The notes under the pieces: generated by a model | The model's database searches: none | The model's input: only the letters and a program-made list of their open reading frames with translations | What the model was told of the DNA's origin: nothing | Source of the DNA: Gemmatimonadales bacterium | GTDB lineage: Bacteria; Gemmatimonadota; Gemmatimonadetes; Gemmatimonadales; GWC2-71-9 | DNA length: 64,000 nt | Direction of reading: 5' to 3' | Assembly (NCBI GenBank): GCA_037189525.1 | Contig: JBBCJC010000005.1 | Location: 88,412 to 152,411 of the forward strand | Shown: in pieces, positions 9,855 through 20,519 of the stretch | Numbering within the stretch: the stretch's first letter is position 1 | Layout: every line of letters begins with the position of its first letter | Program-made: the position numbers and the translations under genes

Positions 9855-10765
9855 TAGTTCACTCGCAGATCGAGACCGCTGTAGAGCGAAGCCACCTGAT
9901 CGGCATATCCGTTGAACAGGAGAGTCGGCCGACGGAAAAATTCGCCCAGCCGCCGCTCCGACTTCTGGCTCCAGCGCGGATGCGACACGTCCGGGTTGAC
10001 GTTGGCGTAGAAGCCGTACTCCTGCGGAGCTGCCACGTTCCAGGTCGTCGCCGGCTGCGATTCGGAAAAGCGGATTTCGACGATGCTCTTGCCGCCCTTG
10101 AAGCCGTACTTCCACGGCACCGTGAGCCGGAGCGGCGCGCCGTTCTGGTTGAGCAGCGGCTTGCCGTAGATGCCGGTTGCCAGCAGGGTGAGCGGATGGC
10201 TCGCTTCATCCAGACGCAGCGCCTCGACGTAGGGCCAGTCGAGGGTCCGGCTCCGCTGCCCGGGCATCTGCTTGGGATCGTACAGCGTCGCGAACTCCAC
10301 GAACTTCGCCTTGCTGCCGGGTTCGAGTTTCCGGATCAGATCACCCAGCCGAATGCCCTGCCAGGGAATCACCATCGACCAGGCCTCGACGCAGCGCATC
10401 CGGTAGGTGCGCTCGACGACGGGCAGGCCCTTGAGCAGGTCGTCCAGGTCGTACGTGGCCGGGCGTTTGACCTCACCGGCCACCTTGACCACCCATGGCT
10501 TGGTGCGGAGCGAGCCCGCGTTCCGGGAGGGATCCTCTTTGTCGGTGCCGAACTCGTAAAAATTGTTGTAGGTCGTCACGACGTCGTACGGCGTCGGTTT
10601 GTCCTCGGGTTGACGGCCCTGTAAGGTGCGCGCCTGCACCATCCCGGGAGCGGCCAGCGCCGCCATGGTCACCCCCGCGGTTTTGAGCCACTCGCGCCGG
10701 GTGTGATAGAGCCCTTCGTCGGTGATGTCCGAATCGGGAATGTCTGGCGCTCGACGAATCAGCAT
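9851..10765 (-). CDS. msrP: Protein-methionine-sulfoxide reductase catalytic (molybdopterin) subunit MsrP
   Basis: ORF 9851..10831 trimmed to ATG 10765. [40 protein letters not shown] is a twin-arginine signal and is collinear with the E. coli YedY N-terminus. The YNNFYEFG motif is present. Confidence 0.92.
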   Translation of the reverse strand: MLIRRAPDIPDSDITDEGLYHTRREWLKTAGVTMAALAAPGMVQARTLQGRQPEDKPTPYDVVTTYNNFYEFGTDKEDPSRNAGSLRTKPWVVKVAGEVKRPATYDLDDLLKGLPVVERTYRMRCVEAWSMVIPWQGIRLGDLIRKLEPGSKAKFVEFATLYDPKQMPGQRSRTLDWPYVEALRLDEASHPLTLLATGIYGKPLLNQNGAPLRLTVPWKYGFKGGKSIVEIRFSESQPATTWNVAAPQEYGFYANVNPDVSHPRWSQKSERRLGEFFRRPTLLFNGYADQVASLYSGLDLRVNY

Positions 10766-10865
10766 GGCGGTTCTCCGTCTCCCTCTCGATCCTTCCAATC
10801 TATCACGTCCGGAGACGAGAAAGTCGGGCAACCCGACCGGGCGGCCCGACTTCGCGAATTTCCAA

Positions 10866-10953
10866 CGGTGCGAGTGAGATTCGAACTCACGAGACCCTTA
10901 GGAGGTCTGCCACCTTTCCAGGGTGGTGCCTTCAACCACTCGGCCATCGCACC
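10866..10953 (-). tRNA. tRNA-Ser (anticodon GGA)
   Basis: Minus-strand sequence GGTGCGATGGCCGAGTGGTTGAAGGCACCACCCTGGAAAGGTGGCAGACCTCCTAAGGGTCTCGTGAGTTCGAATCTCACTCGCACCG. It folds as a 7-bp acceptor, anticodon stem CCACC/GGTGG with loop CTGGAAA, a long variable arm (class II), and T-loop TTCGAAT. No encoded CCA. Confidence 0.9.
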
Positions 10954-11024
10954 TCATGACGACTGGCGCCCGTTTGGGCCGGCGGCAACATAGCCCGCCC
11001 GCCAGAGAGCGTCAACGCGGCACG

Positions 11025-13823
11025 CTATCGGGCGGTTGCCTTGGCCGGACGCCGTTTGGTGGCCGTTCCCTTCGCTTTGGCCTTGGGCTTGGCGGCTGCC
11101 TTGGGCTTGGCGGCCGACTTGGCCGTCGATCCCGCTTTGGCCTTGGCCGCGCGCTTGGCACTGCCGGCGCGCTTGACCTTGGCCGTCAGCGGATCGGGCG
11201 CCGAGCGACCTTTGACCGACCGCTTGGCCCCGCCCGCCGGCTTGGCGCCCGCGCGTTTGGCTTTCGACTTGGCCTTGCCGCCACCTCGGGCAGCAATCCA
11301 CTCGACCGCCTGCTCGACCGTGACGGTGGCAGGATCGATATCCTTGGGGATCGACGCGCTGACGTCGCCGTGCTTGACGTAGGGACCATACTTCCCTTCG
11401 TACAACCCGATGGGCGCCTGGTCGGCAGGATGCGGACCAACCTCGCGAATCGGCGTTGCCGCCATCCGGCGCCCGCGGCCCAGCTTGGGCTGCGCCAGGA
11501 GTTCGAGGGCGCGTTCGAGGGTCACGGTCAGGACGTGGTCCTCGCCCTTCAAAGAGCGATAGTCCTTGACCTTGCCCTGATCGTGCACGATGTAGGGACC
11601 GAACCGTCCCTGCCCCGCCAGAACCCGGGCGCCGGTCTCCGGATGCGCACCGAGCGTACGCGGCAGCGCCAGCAGACCGACCGCCATCTCCAGCGTGACC
11701 TGATCGGTGGTGACACCCTTGGGCAACGAGGCCCGCTTCGGCTTCGGATTGTCGTCGGAGACGATACCGAGTTGGACGTAGGGACCATACTGCCCGGTCA
11801 GGAGCAGAATCGGTTCAGCGGTGTCCGGATGGTTTCCGACGATTTCCGGGCCTTCGGCTTTCTGGCGCAGGACTTCGTCGACCTGATCCCGGGAGAGGTC
11901 GGCCGGCGCGGAATCGCGCGGGAGCGACGCTTTGAGGAGTTCGCCGTCTTCCGACACGACTTCGACGTACGGTCCGAAGCGGCCGATCTTGACGCTGGCA
12001 CCGTCCAGCCCGTCGATCTCGATGGTCCGCGCCGCAACCGGGTCGATCCCCTTTTCGCGCGATGCGACCTGTTGCCGGAGTCCGGTGCGGCCCAAATAGA
12101 AATCGCGGAGATACGGCAACCATTCGGCGTTGCCCTCCGAGATGTCGTCGAGGGTCTGTTCCATTCCGGCCGTGAACTTGGGATCGACCAGCGACGGGAA
12201 GTGGTGCTCGAGCAGACTGGTCACGCCGAACGCGGTGAAAGTCGGCACCAGCGCCTGCCCCTGCTTCTGGACGTAGCCGCGATCGATGATGGTGTCGATG
12301 ATCGATGCGTAGGTACTGGGGCGCCCGATCCCGTCGGCCTCGAGTTCCTTGACCAGACTGGCTTCCGTGTAGCGGGCCGGCGGCTGCGTCTCGTGGGAGA
12401 CGGCCGCGAGTTCCCGGCAAGCGGGGCGGTCGCCGACGGCCAGGTCGGGCAGCAAAACTTCCTGATCTTCGAGCGCCGCTTCCGGGTCGTCGCTGCCTTC
12501 GACGTAAGCGCGCAGGAAGCCGGGGAAATCGATCCGCTTGCCCGCGGCGCGGAAGGTGGCTTCCTCGACATCGATGGTGACGACCACGCTGGTGAGCCGC
12601 GCATCGAGCATCTGCGACGCCACGGTGCGCTTCCAGATCAGATCGTAGACCGCCAGCTCCCGTCCGCTCAGGCCGGTCTCCTCCGGCGTGCGGAAATGCG
12701 AGCCGGCCGGCCGGATGGCCTCGTGCGCTTCCTGCGCTGACGCGCTCTTGCTGACGTACTGGCGGGGCGACTTGGGCAGATACTGGTCGCCGTAGAGCCG
12801 CGAGACGCATTCGCGCGCCGCACCGAGCGCCTGTTGCGACAGGTGCACGGAGTCGGTACGCATGTAGGTGATGAAGCCCTCTTCGTAGAGCTTCTGCGCC
12901 GTCCGCATCGCCTCGCGAGCCGAGAGGCGCAGCTTGCGGTTGGCCTCCTGCTGCAAGGTCGAGGTGATGAACGGGGGCGCCGGCCGGCGGGTAAACGGCT
13001 TTTCCTCCGCCGACCCAACCGTCCAGGCCGCTGCCCGGAGCCGGTCGGCCAACGATTCGGCCCCGGGGCCGTCGAGCAGCACCACATCTTTTCCGGCCGC
13101 GAGCTTGCCGGTCCGCTCGTCGAAGTCCTTACCGGTGGCGAGGCGCTTTCCGGCCAGGGAGACCAACTGCGCGTCGAACGACTGATCGCGGTGTTCCAGG
13201 GTCGCGGCCAGGTCCCAGTAGACGCCGGGGACGAAGGCCCGCCGCTCGCGCTCGCGCATTACCAGGAGCCGCACCGCCACCGACTGGACTCGTCCCGCGG
13301 ACAGCCCGTACGCGATCTTCTTCCAGAGGAGCGGCGACAAGGTATAGCCGAACAACCGGTCCAAGATCCGCCGGGTTTCCTGCGCACGTACCAGACGGTC
13401 GTCGACCGCGCGGGTCTGCTCGAGCGCCTCCCGGATCGCTTCCCGGGTGATCTCGTGAAAGACCATCCGCTTGACGGGCACCCGCGGCTTGAGCAACTCG
13501 GACAGGTGCCACGAAATACTTTCACCCTCGCGGTCTTCGTCCGTCGCGAGGATCAGTTCGTCGGCGTCGGACAGGGCCGACTTGAGTTCCTTGACGATGT
13601 GCTTCTTGTCCGACGGTACCACGTAGAGGGGTTCGAAGTCCTGGTCGACATTGACGCCGAGCCGGCTCCACTCTTCGCCTTTGACCTTGGCGGGAATATC
13701 CGACGCCCGATCCGGCAGGTCGCGCACGTGCCCCATCGACGCGACCACCTTATATCCACGGGGAAGGAACTCGCGGATGGTCCGCGCCTTGGTGGGTGAC
13801 TCGACGATGACGAGAGTGGACAT
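11025..13823 (-). CDS. topA: DNA topoisomerase I (type IA)
   Basis: 932 aa. N-terminus [21 protein letters not shown] (Toprim), plus the ITYMRTDS active-site Tyr region. The C-terminal region has four G(R/Q/K)(F/Y)GPY(V/I) repeats with no Cys4 zinc fingers, followed by an Ala/Lys-rich basic tail. Confidence 0.97.
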   Translation of the reverse strand: MSTLVIVESPTKARTIREFLPRGYKVVASMGHVRDLPDRASDIPAKVKGEEWSRLGVNVDQDFEPLYVVPSDKKHIVKELKSALSDADELILATDEDREGESISWHLSELLKPRVPVKRMVFHEITREAIREALEQTRAVDDRLVRAQETRRILDRLFGYTLSPLLWKKIAYGLSAGRVQSVAVRLLVMRERERRAFVPGVYWDLAATLEHRDQSFDAQLVSLAGKRLATGKDFDERTGKLAAGKDVVLLDGPGAESLADRLRAAAWTVGSAEEKPFTRRPAPPFITSTLQQEANRKLRLSAREAMRTAQKLYEEGFITYMRTDSVHLSQQALGAARECVSRLYGDQYLPKSPRQYVSKSASAQEAHEAIRPAGSHFRTPEETGLSGRELAVYDLIWKRTVASQMLDARLTSVVVTIDVEEATFRAAGKRIDFPGFLRAYVEGSDDPEAALEDQEVLLPDLAVGDRPACRELAAVSHETQPPARYTEASLVKELEADGIGRPSTYASIIDTIIDRGYVQKQGQALVPTFTAFGVTSLLEHHFPSLVDPKFTAGMEQTLDDISEGNAEWLPYLRDFYLGRTGLRQQVASREKGIDPVAARTIEIDGLDGASVKIGRFGPYVEVVSEDGELLKASLPRDSAPADLSRDQVDEVLRQKAEGPEIVGNHPDTAEPILLLTGQYGPYVQLGIVSDDNPKPKRASLPKGVTTDQVTLEMAVGLLALPRTLGAHPETGARVLAGQGRFGPYIVHDQGKVKDYRSLKGEDHVLTVTLERALELLAQPKLGRGRRMAATPIREVGPHPADQAPIGLYEGKYGPYVKHGDVSASIPKDIDPATVTVEQAVEWIAARGGGKAKSKAKRAGAKPAGGAKRSVKGRSAPDPLTAKVKRAGSAKRAAKAKAGSTAKSAAKPKAAAKPKAKAKGTATKRRPAKATAR

Positions 13824-14123
13824 GCCGTCCTAACTGTTGCAGTTCATGCGTGAGCGCCCGACCGCGGGCGACGCCTCCCTCCGCCGGGCCTGCGACCGGG
13901 TCGCGGGACGGGGCGGATGGGAAATTGGGGGAACAGAATGACGCCCAGAGCCGGGTCTGTCAATTGGCGGCCGAATGGGGCCGGCTGGTCAATTCACCCG
14001 TAACCGCTTACACAACAATGCGTTAGATGTCGTCAGCCCGAAGAAAGCCTGACCGGGCCCAAGCCCCGATTTCGCGGCTGAGCGGGGCCTGGGATAGTTT
14101 TCGGCTCCTTTCACGACTGCGCC

Positions 14124-14825
14124 ATGCCCGATCTCGCATCCGGCCTCATCTACTACATCGTCTTTCTCTTTTCCGTCACCCTGCACGAAGCGGCGCACGC
14201 CTGGGCCGCCAAGCGCGGCGGTGACCTGACCGCGTACCTGGGCGGCCAGGTCTCGCTGGATCCGCGCCCGCACATTCGGCGGGAACCTTTCGGCATGGTG
14301 GTGCTGCCGCTGTTGTCGGTGGCGGTGGCCGGATGGCCCTTCGGATTTGCCAGCGCTCCCTACGACCCGCAATGGGCCATGCGCTACCCGCGCCGGGCGG
14401 CGTGGATGGCCCTGGCAGGTCCGGCCTCGAACCTCCTGCTCGTCGTGATTGCCTTCGTGCTGCTCCGGCTTGGCATCGGCGCCGGAGTTTTCGAAGCGCC
14501 GTCGAGCGTGCAGTTCGGTCATGTCGTCGCCGCGACGGGAGCCGGCTGGTGGCCGAGCATTGCGTTCATGATCGGCGCGCTGTTTTCGATGAACCTGGCG
14601 CTCGCGATCCTCAACCTGATCCCGCTTCCGCCGCTCGACGGCAGCGCAGCAATCCCGTTGCTGCTTCCGCCCGCCGCGAGCACCCGGTACCAGCAGTTTC
14701 TCTGGAGCCAGCCATTCCTTGCGATCATCGGCATGCTGATCGCCTGGCGGATCTTCGGACCGATCTTCCAGCCCCTCTTCCTCGAAGCGATCCACCTGCT
14801 CCATCCCGGGACGCGCTACGGCTGA
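14124..14825 (+). CDS. Site-2 protease family (M50) membrane metalloprotease
   Basis: 233 aa. Contains the HEAAHAWAA (HExxH) motif in the first TM helix and a later NLIPLPPLDGS motif; polytopic. Confidence 0.85.
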   Translation: MPDLASGLIYYIVFLFSVTLHEAAHAWAAKRGGDLTAYLGGQVSLDPRPHIRREPFGMVVLPLLSVAVAGWPFGFASAPYDPQWAMRYPRRAAWMALAGPASNLLLVVIAFVLLRLGIGAGVFEAPSSVQFGHVVAATGAGWWPSIAFMIGALFSMNLALAILNLIPLPPLDGSAAIPLLLPPAASTRYQQFLWSQPFLAIIGMLIAWRIFGPIFQPLFLEAIHLLHPGTRYG

Positions 14826-14910
14826 CCGGCGGGCGGAGGTAGCGGTCGTATCCTCTGCCCCTGCCCGCCAGTGGCCCCATTGGTCTACACCAGTTTGCAC
14901 CGGAAAATCG

Positions 14911-14929
14911 GGGGGCGAAACTCGCCCCC
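14911..14929 (+). terminator. Terminator-like hairpin after the M50 protease gene
   Basis: Stem gggggcg (14911-14917) / cgccccc (14923-14929) with loop aaact. Only two T residues follow, so it is weak as an intrinsic terminator. Confidence 0.4.
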
Positions 14930-14958
14930 TTGACGGTTCGTAGGTCCAGACGGACAAT
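14930..14958 (+). promoter_or_regulatory. Candidate sigma70-type promoter for the IclR gene (would give a near-leaderless mRNA)
   Basis: TTGACG (14930-14935), a 17-nt spacer, then GACAAT (14953-14958). The ATG of the IclR gene is at 14969. This is pattern match only; promoter consensus for this lineage is not known to me. Confidence 0.25.
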
Positions 14959-14968
14959 CAACCATATC

Positions 14969-15772
14969 ATGGAACAGCGTTCCACATCGGTTCGGACTGC
15001 CCCAACGGGGACGCAGGCGATCGAACGCGCCTTCGCCGTGCTGCGCGCGTTCACCAGCACGGAACCGGTCTGGACCCTGGCTGCCCTGTCCCGCCATCTC
15101 GACCTGACCAAGCCTACCGTCCTCCGATTGCTGGGCGTCCTCGAACGCGAAGCGATGATCCAACGGACCGAGCCGATGGGCAGCTACCGTCTCGGCCCCG
15201 GAGCGATCCAGTTGGGCGCGGTGGCCCGGCGCTCGATCGACTTCCATACGGCAGCACGGCCGGAGCTCCAGCGCCTCGCCTGGAGTATCGGCGAAACGGC
15301 CAGCCTCGAAGTGCTGGTCGGGTCGGATGTCATGATCATCGACGAAATCCGCGGCCGTTTCCGGGGCAGCACCTTCGACGCCCTCGGCTCCCGCTGGCCT
15401 GCCCACGCCGCCGCGACCGGCAAGGTCCTGCTGGCCGCGGCGCGCAATGCCGGCAGCGATGCGTGGCTGCAGTTCGTGCGCGGCGTCACCCGCGGGCGTT
15501 TGCCGCGCTTTACCGATCGCACCATTACCACCATGAACCGATTGCTCACGGAACTCTCCCGCGTCAGCCGGCAGGGATACGCCACCGGCGTGGAAGAGCT
15601 GGAGAGCGGCTACGTAGCAATCGCGGTACCGATTTCCGATTTCCCGGGCAATGCCGTCGCCGCGCTGTGCGTCGGCGGACCGGTGGCACGGCTGCCGGCC
15701 CGGCGGTTCCCCGCGCTGGTACGGGAACTGACCGATGCCGCCCAAACCGTTTCACGGCGGCTGGGTGGTTGA
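14969..15772 (+). CDS. IclR family transcriptional regulator
   Basis: ORF 14930..15772 starts at TTG; the first ATG is 14969. Winged-HTH AIERAFAVLRAF...WTLAALSRHLDLTKPTVLRLLGVLE plus the C-terminal IclR effector-domain pattern (GYVAIAVPI). Confidence 0.88.
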   Translation: MEQRSTSVRTAPTGTQAIERAFAVLRAFTSTEPVWTLAALSRHLDLTKPTVLRLLGVLEREAMIQRTEPMGSYRLGPGAIQLGAVARRSIDFHTAARPELQRLAWSIGETASLEVLVGSDVMIIDEIRGRFRGSTFDALGSRWPAHAAATGKVLLAAARNAGSDAWLQFVRGVTRGRLPRFTDRTITTMNRLLTELSRVSRQGYATGVEELESGYVAIAVPISDFPGNAVAALCVGGPVARLPARRFPALVRELTDAAQTVSRRLGG

Positions 15773-15844
15773 CGACAGGTCGTTGTTGCAGAACGCATGA
15801 GACACATCGGGTGCAGTCACGGTCATCATCCTAGGAGAACCATC

Positions 15845-18800
15845 ATGGAGTATTGGCGATGTCGGTTCCTGACACCCATCGGTCTCGCATTGGCGTGCGC
15901 GGTGACCGGAGCGGCCGGGCTCGATGCCCAGTCGATCCGCGGCACCGTATCCGACTCGACCGACCAGCGCCCGCTCGAAGGGGCCAACGTCGTGATCGTC
16001 GGGACGATGCTGCGGAGCGTGACGGGCACCGATGGTAATTACGTCATCCGCGGCGCCCCCGCCGGACAAACCGTCACGGTGCGGGCTCAACGCATCGGCT
16101 ACGCGCCGGTCACTCGCGAGGTCAGCGTGCCCGCCAACGGCGAAGTCGTCGCGAACTTCGTCCTGGCCGTGCGTCCGATGCAACTCGATGAAGTCGTCTC
16201 GCTCGGTTACGGAACGGCGTCCCGAGCAAGCGTGACCGCGGCCGTCACCTCGATCGGCGGCGAGCAGGTCCTGGGCGAACCAGTGGCTGGCATCGATGCG
16301 GCACTGCTGGGCAAGGCCGCCGGGGTCCAGGTGATTCAGAACGCCGGCACTCCCGGGAACGGCATCACGATCCGGATCCGCGGCTCGGCCTCGCTGAGCG
16401 CCAGCAACCAGCCGCTGTATGTCATCGACGGTGTGCCGATCACCTCGGAAAGCATCGGGCAGCTCGACTTCGGCGGGCAGGAAATCACGGGCGTGGCCGG
16501 CCTCGCGATTGCTGATATCGAACGGATCGACATCCTGAAGGACGCGGCTGCCGCAGCCATCTACGGCTCACGCGGTTCCAACGGTGTCGTCCTGATCACG
16601 ACGAAGCGCGGCAGCGGCAGCCCGTCGATCACGCTCAATGCCTCGATCGGTACCCAGAAGGTTACCCGGCGCGTCGATCTGCTCAACGCGACCGAATACC
16701 TGATCTACATGAATGAGGGCGCCGAACGGGACGGCTATGGCCCCGACTATTACGGGGTCGTTGGCGTCGATGACGTCGTCAGCACCGATTGGCAGGACGC
16801 CATCTTCCGAACCGCGCCGATCCGCGACATCGTGCTCGCTGCCGCGGGCGGAACCGATTTTCTCCGCTACCGGGTGTCCGGCTCCTACTTCGATCAGGTC
16901 GGCACCACGCTCGGATCGGGGTATCGGAAGCTGAGCAGCCGGATGAACCTCGACTTCAACAAGGGACAGCGGCTGACTTTTGCCGGCGGGCTGTCCGTCA
17001 CCGGCGAGGACAACGCCCGCATCATCAGCGACGACGCCGTGCTCGGCACCATTCCGAACGGTCTCGCGTCGCCGCCGACCGTACCGGTCCGATTGGCCGA
17101 TGGCTCATACTCGACGATCGACGACGGCCTGATCTATCCGAACGCCGTGGCCATCGGCGAGTACAACACGGCCAACGCCCGCTCCAATCGCATCCTGGGC
17201 AGCTTCGAGACCCGGGCGCAGTTGCTGAGCACGCTCACGCTGTCCGGCCGGGTTGGGGTCGACTTCCTGCGGCTTCATGAAACCCGGTTCGCCTCCCAGA
17301 AGGTCGCCGGCTCCGACGCCGAACGCGGCAACGGTATCGCGACCGACGCCTTCTCGGCTAACAACAAGTACGTCTTCGACGCCATGCTCGCCTACCAGGG
17401 CCAGACGGGAAAGCATTCCCTCGGCATGACCGGTGGCGCGAGCGCCGAACTCAATCGTTCCAGCTGGAACTACGTGCGCGGCGAAGGGATGGGCGACGAG
17501 CGGTTCAACCAGGTGCAAAATGCGGCCATCATCACCGGGTGGGATGGCGCCTACGAGGAAAACAACATGCTGGCCGGCTTCGGCCGGGTCAACTACAGCT
17601 GGGCCGACCGCTACCTGCTGAGCGCGAGCTTCCGATACGACGGCTCCTCGCGATTCGGACCGAGCACGAAGTGGGGCTTCTTCCCGGCGATCTCGCTGGC
17701 CTGGATCGTCTCGGAAGAGTCGTTCCTCAAAGACTGGCGCGCCCTCGATCAGCTCAAGCTCCGCGGCAGCTACGGCCTGACGGGCAATCAGGCCAGCCAG
17801 TACTACCCTTGGCAGGGTGTGGTGTGCACGAGCAACTACGGCCCGGTGTCCGGCCTCGCTCCGTGCAGCCTGTCGAATGAAGACTTGAAGTGGGAGCGCA
17901 CCGCCCAGCTCAACCTCGGCGCCGATTTCACGTTCTGGACCGGCCGCATGACGTTCTCGGCGGACTGGTACCGGAAGCAGACCAACGATCTGCTGGTCGA
18001 TCGGCCGGTCACGACGACCTCCGGGCAGAACAGCATCTTCAGTAACGTCGGCAACGTGCTCAACACCGGGGTCGAGTTCCAGCTCACTGCGCAGCCGTTC
18101 TACTCGCGCACCGGGCTCAATTGGACCACGACGCTCAACCTGTCGCACAACAAGAACAAGGTCACGGCGCTCTACAACAATGAGCCATTTTCGGATGGAT
18201 GGAGCGATGCCAACCGGGTCGAAGTCGGCCTGCCCATCGGGGCGTTCCATCTCTTCCAATTCGAAGGTGTCGATCCGCAAACCGGCGATGCGCTCTATCG
18301 GACGGCCGACGGCGGCGTCACGACCGACCCGACCAACGAGGATCGAGTCATCGTCGGGAGCCCGTGGCCGACCTGGACGGGCGGCATTACCAACGCGCTG
18401 GCCTGGAAACAGTTCGACCTGAGCTTCCTGTTCCAGTTCAGCGTCGGGGCCAAGATCTACAACGCCATGCGGCTCTATGCCAACGACGGCGGATACTACG
18501 CCGACAACAAGTTCCGCTTCGCGTGGAATCGCTGGCAGCAGCCGGGTGACATCACCGACGAGCCGCGTGCCAGCGCCGACGGTCTTTCCGGCGCGCGGCT
18601 TCCCTCGAGCCGCTTCATCGAAGATGCGGACTACCTGCGGCTCCTGGATCTGACCTTCGGCTTCCAGTTGCCCTCGGGCATGGCGCGGTCGCTCGGCATG
18701 TCCAACGCCCGGGTCTATCTGTCCGGTCACAACCTCATCACCATTACACCCTACAGCGGATATTTCCCGGACGCCAATTCGACGGGCGCCAGCTCGAACG

Positions 18801-18874
18801 TTTCGCTCGGAACCGACTTCTATACTTATCCGCTCGCCCGAAGCATCCGGTTCGGCGTGCAGGCAGGGTGGTGA
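15845..18874 (+). CDS. SusC/RagA family TonB-linked outer membrane protein
   Basis: ORF 15797..18874 trimmed to ATG 15845, which has AGGAG 8 nt upstream. Signal peptide, CarboxypepD_reg domain (IRGTVSD...GANVVIVGT...TGTDGNYVIRGAPAG), the SusC signature LDEVVSLGYGTASRASVTAAVTSI, and a barrel ending FGVQAGW. Immediately followed by SusD. Confidence 0.92.
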   Translation: MEYWRCRFLTPIGLALACAVTGAAGLDAQSIRGTVSDSTDQRPLEGANVVIVGTMLRSVTGTDGNYVIRGAPAGQTVTVRAQRIGYAPVTREVSVPANGEVVANFVLAVRPMQLDEVVSLGYGTASRASVTAAVTSIGGEQVLGEPVAGIDAALLGKAAGVQVIQNAGTPGNGITIRIRGSASLSASNQPLYVIDGVPITSESIGQLDFGGQEITGVAGLAIADIERIDILKDAAAAAIYGSRGSNGVVLITTKRGSGSPSITLNASIGTQKVTRRVDLLNATEYLIYMNEGAERDGYGPDYYGVVGVDDVVSTDWQDAIFRTAPIRDIVLAAAGGTDFLRYRVSGSYFDQVGTTLGSGYRKLSSRMNLDFNKGQRLTFAGGLSVTGEDNARIISDDAVLGTIPNGLASPPTVPVRLADGSYSTIDDGLIYPNAVAIGEYNTANARSNRILGSFETRAQLLSTLTLSGRVGVDFLRLHETRFASQKVAGSDAERGNGIATDAFSANNKYVFDAMLAYQGQTGKHSLGMTGGASAELNRSSWNYVRGEGMGDERFNQVQNAAIITGWDGAYEENNMLAGFGRVNYSWADRYLLSASFRYDGSSRFGPSTKWGFFPAISLAWIVSEESFLKDWRALDQLKLRGSYGLTGNQASQYYPWQGVVCTSNYGPVSGLAPCSLSNEDLKWERTAQLNLGADFTFWTGRMTFSADWYRKQTNDLLVDRPVTTTSGQNSIFSNVGNVLNTGVEFQLTAQPFYSRTGLNWTTTLNLSHNKNKVTALYNNEPFSDGWSDANRVEVGLPIGAFHLFQFEGVDPQTGDALYRTADGGVTTDPTNEDRVIVGSPWPTWTGGITNALAWKQFDLSFLFQFSVGAKIYNAMRLYANDGGYYADNKFRFAWNRWQQPGDITDEPRASADGLSGARLPSSRFIEDADYLRLLDLTFGFQLPSGMARSLGMSNARVYLSGHNLITITPYSGYFPDANSTGASSNVSLGTDFYTYPLARSIRFGVQAGW

Positions 18875-18877
18875 GCC

Positions 18878-20212
18878 ATGACGACTCTGAATCGACACAT
18901 CACCCGATTGGCGCTCGGCGCCGCGCTGACCCTGTCGCTGGCAGGCTGTGATTCGCTGCTCAACACCGAACCGCCTACGCAGGTACCGGATCAGACCGCC
19001 ATCGTCAACGCCGGCGGCGCCCGCGCGGCGCTGATCGGCGCCTACGCATCGCTGACCCACGACGCGCTCTATGGCGGCGACCTGCCGGTCTTCAACGATC
19101 TCTACGCCGACAACGCCCGACACTCCGGCACCTTCCCCACCTATGCCGATGCCGGCGCGTATCGGCTCCGGGCCGAGAACGGCGATGTCGCCCGGATCTG
19201 GCGATACACCTACATCACGATCGACCGGGTCAACCGGATCATCGAGAAGGTGCCGGAACTGAGCGACCTCTCCGATGCGGAGAAAGCGGATATCATCGGC
19301 CAGGCCCGGGCGCTCCGCGCGCTCAGCTACCACAACCTGGTCCGGTCGTACGGCGGTGTCCCGCTGGTCCTGGTCACGCCGAGCGGCCCGGATGAAGCCT
19401 CTCAAATCACCCGTGCCACGGTCGACGAGGTCTACACCCAGATCACCACCGATCTCGAAGCAGCCTCATCCGGCATCACCACCACCAATACCAACCGGAT
19501 CACGGCGGGAGCGGTGCTGGCGCTGCTGGCGCGGATCCACCTGTACCGGGAGCAGTGGGCCCAGGCGGTGGCGCGCGCCAATCAGGTCGAAGCGCGCGGC
19601 TACGATCTGGCGTCGAGCTACGAAGACCTCTTCCCCGCCACGGCGACGGAAACATCCGAGGAAATCTTCAAGGTCTACTTCGACGCCGCCAACTATCAGT
19701 TGCTGGGCTGGTACTACCGGGCCCGCGGCTGGGGTGGCCGCGGCGAACTGAATGCCCGGCCAAGCCTGGTTGCGGCCTACGAAGCGAGCGATGAGCGGCT
19801 GGCCTGGAGTATCGACACCAGCGTCCCGACTGTGACCAAGTGGCCCACCGGCGACGGCGCGGAGCATTTCCACGTGATCCGTTTTGCCGAGGTGCTCCTG
19901 ATCAAGGCCGAGGCGCTCGCCAGGCAGGGACAACTCGGCCCGGCCGTCGACGTCTACAACCGGATTCGTGAACGGGCCGGCCTGGCCCCGCACACGCTGG
20001 GCGTCGAAGTCACTTCGCAGGCCGAGGTGATTGCGGCCGTCGACAAGGAACGCCGGCTGGAACTCGCCTTCGAGGGTGATCGGTTTCCGGACCTGGTGCG
20101 CACCGGCCGGGCCGTGGCGGTCATGGGTATCGAACCGTTCCGGCAGCTGTGGCCGATTCCCTACTCCGAAATCGTGGTGGCTCCGGGCCTGACCCAAAAC
20201 CCGGGTTACTGA
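18878..20212 (+). CDS. SusD/RagB family nutrient-binding outer membrane lipoprotein
   Basis: 444 aa. Lipobox LSLAGC. SusD-like features: ARAALIGAYASL, RALRALSYHNLVRSYGGVPLV, and C-terminal ERRLELAFEGDRFPDLVR. Lies 3 nt after SusC. Confidence 0.92.
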   Translation: MTTLNRHITRLALGAALTLSLAGCDSLLNTEPPTQVPDQTAIVNAGGARAALIGAYASLTHDALYGGDLPVFNDLYADNARHSGTFPTYADAGAYRLRAENGDVARIWRYTYITIDRVNRIIEKVPELSDLSDAEKADIIGQARALRALSYHNLVRSYGGVPLVLVTPSGPDEASQITRATVDEVYTQITTDLEAASSGITTTNTNRITAGAVLALLARIHLYREQWAQAVARANQVEARGYDLASSYEDLFPATATETSEEIFKVYFDAANYQLLGWYYRARGWGGRGELNARPSLVAAYEASDERLAWSIDTSVPTVTKWPTGDGAEHFHVIRFAEVLLIKAEALARQGQLGPAVDVYNRIRERAGLAPHTLGVEVTSQAEVIAAVDKERRLELAFEGDRFPDLVRTGRAVAVMGIEPFRQLWPIPYSEIVVAPGLTQNPGY

Positions 20213-20231
20213 GCCGTCTCCTGCACAGGCC

Positions 20232-20260
20232 GAGGGCCATGGGTCATCCCCATGGCCCTC
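20232..20260. terminator. Hairpin terminator between the SusD gene and the convergent small ORF
   Basis: 12-bp perfect stem gagggccatggg (20232-20243) / cccatggccctc (20249-20260), followed by gtcgtttct on the plus strand. Confidence 0.6.
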
Positions 20261-20298
20261 GTCGTTTCTACGGCGTCGTTTCTACGAACGCTGCAGTC

Positions 20299-20499
20299 CT
20301 ACGCCTCCGGACTCGCCGGCCCGCTCTCTGCCCGCGTCCGCCGATAGCGCCACAATCCGAGCACGCCGGCTCCGACCAGACCGATGGCAAGGTACATGAG
20401 CCCTGGCGGCGGACCCGGCGCGGGCGGCACTGCGCCACAGGTGCCCATCAGGGCGCAATCGGGTGGCCCGGGGATCTGGAGCAGCAGCGACAGCAACAT
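20299..20499 (-). CDS. Possible small membrane protein (66 aa, hypothetical)
   Basis: ATG start with GGGAG about 9 nt upstream. Third codon positions are mostly G/C, as in neighbouring genes. The product has a Cys pair, a Pro-rich stretch, then the TM helix LMYLAIGLVGAGVLGLW followed by RYRRTR. No recognised family. Confidence 0.3.
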   Translation of the reverse strand: MLLSLLLQIPGPPDCALMGTCGAVPPAPGPPPGLMYLAIGLVGAGVLGLWRYRRTRAESGPASPEA

Positions 20500-20519
20500 G
20501 GCGTCTTACTCCCGGAGAC

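Noticed and set aside
10866-10953. Checked both tRNA-Ser genes (this one and 20574-20660) as possible integration sites for genomic islands.
   Set aside because: No integrase, no direct repeat of the tRNA 3' end and no compositional shift are seen next to either tRNA. The neighbours are msrP/topA and the SusCD loci.
11025-11300. Apparent tandem repeat (ttggc/cttggc-rich DNA) that might be taken for a non-coding repeat array.
   Set aside because: It is the coding sequence of the Ala/Lys-rich TopA tail (GCC/AAG codon reiteration). It has no fixed period and no spacers, so it is neither CRISPR nor a satellite.
13989-14957. 322-aa minus-strand ORF spanning the topA/M50 intergenic region and the whole M50 protease gene.
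   Set aside because: It is antisense to a gene with HEAAH and NLIPLPPLDG motifs. The product is highly Arg/Gly-rich with no recognisable domain, so it is a high-G+C artefact.
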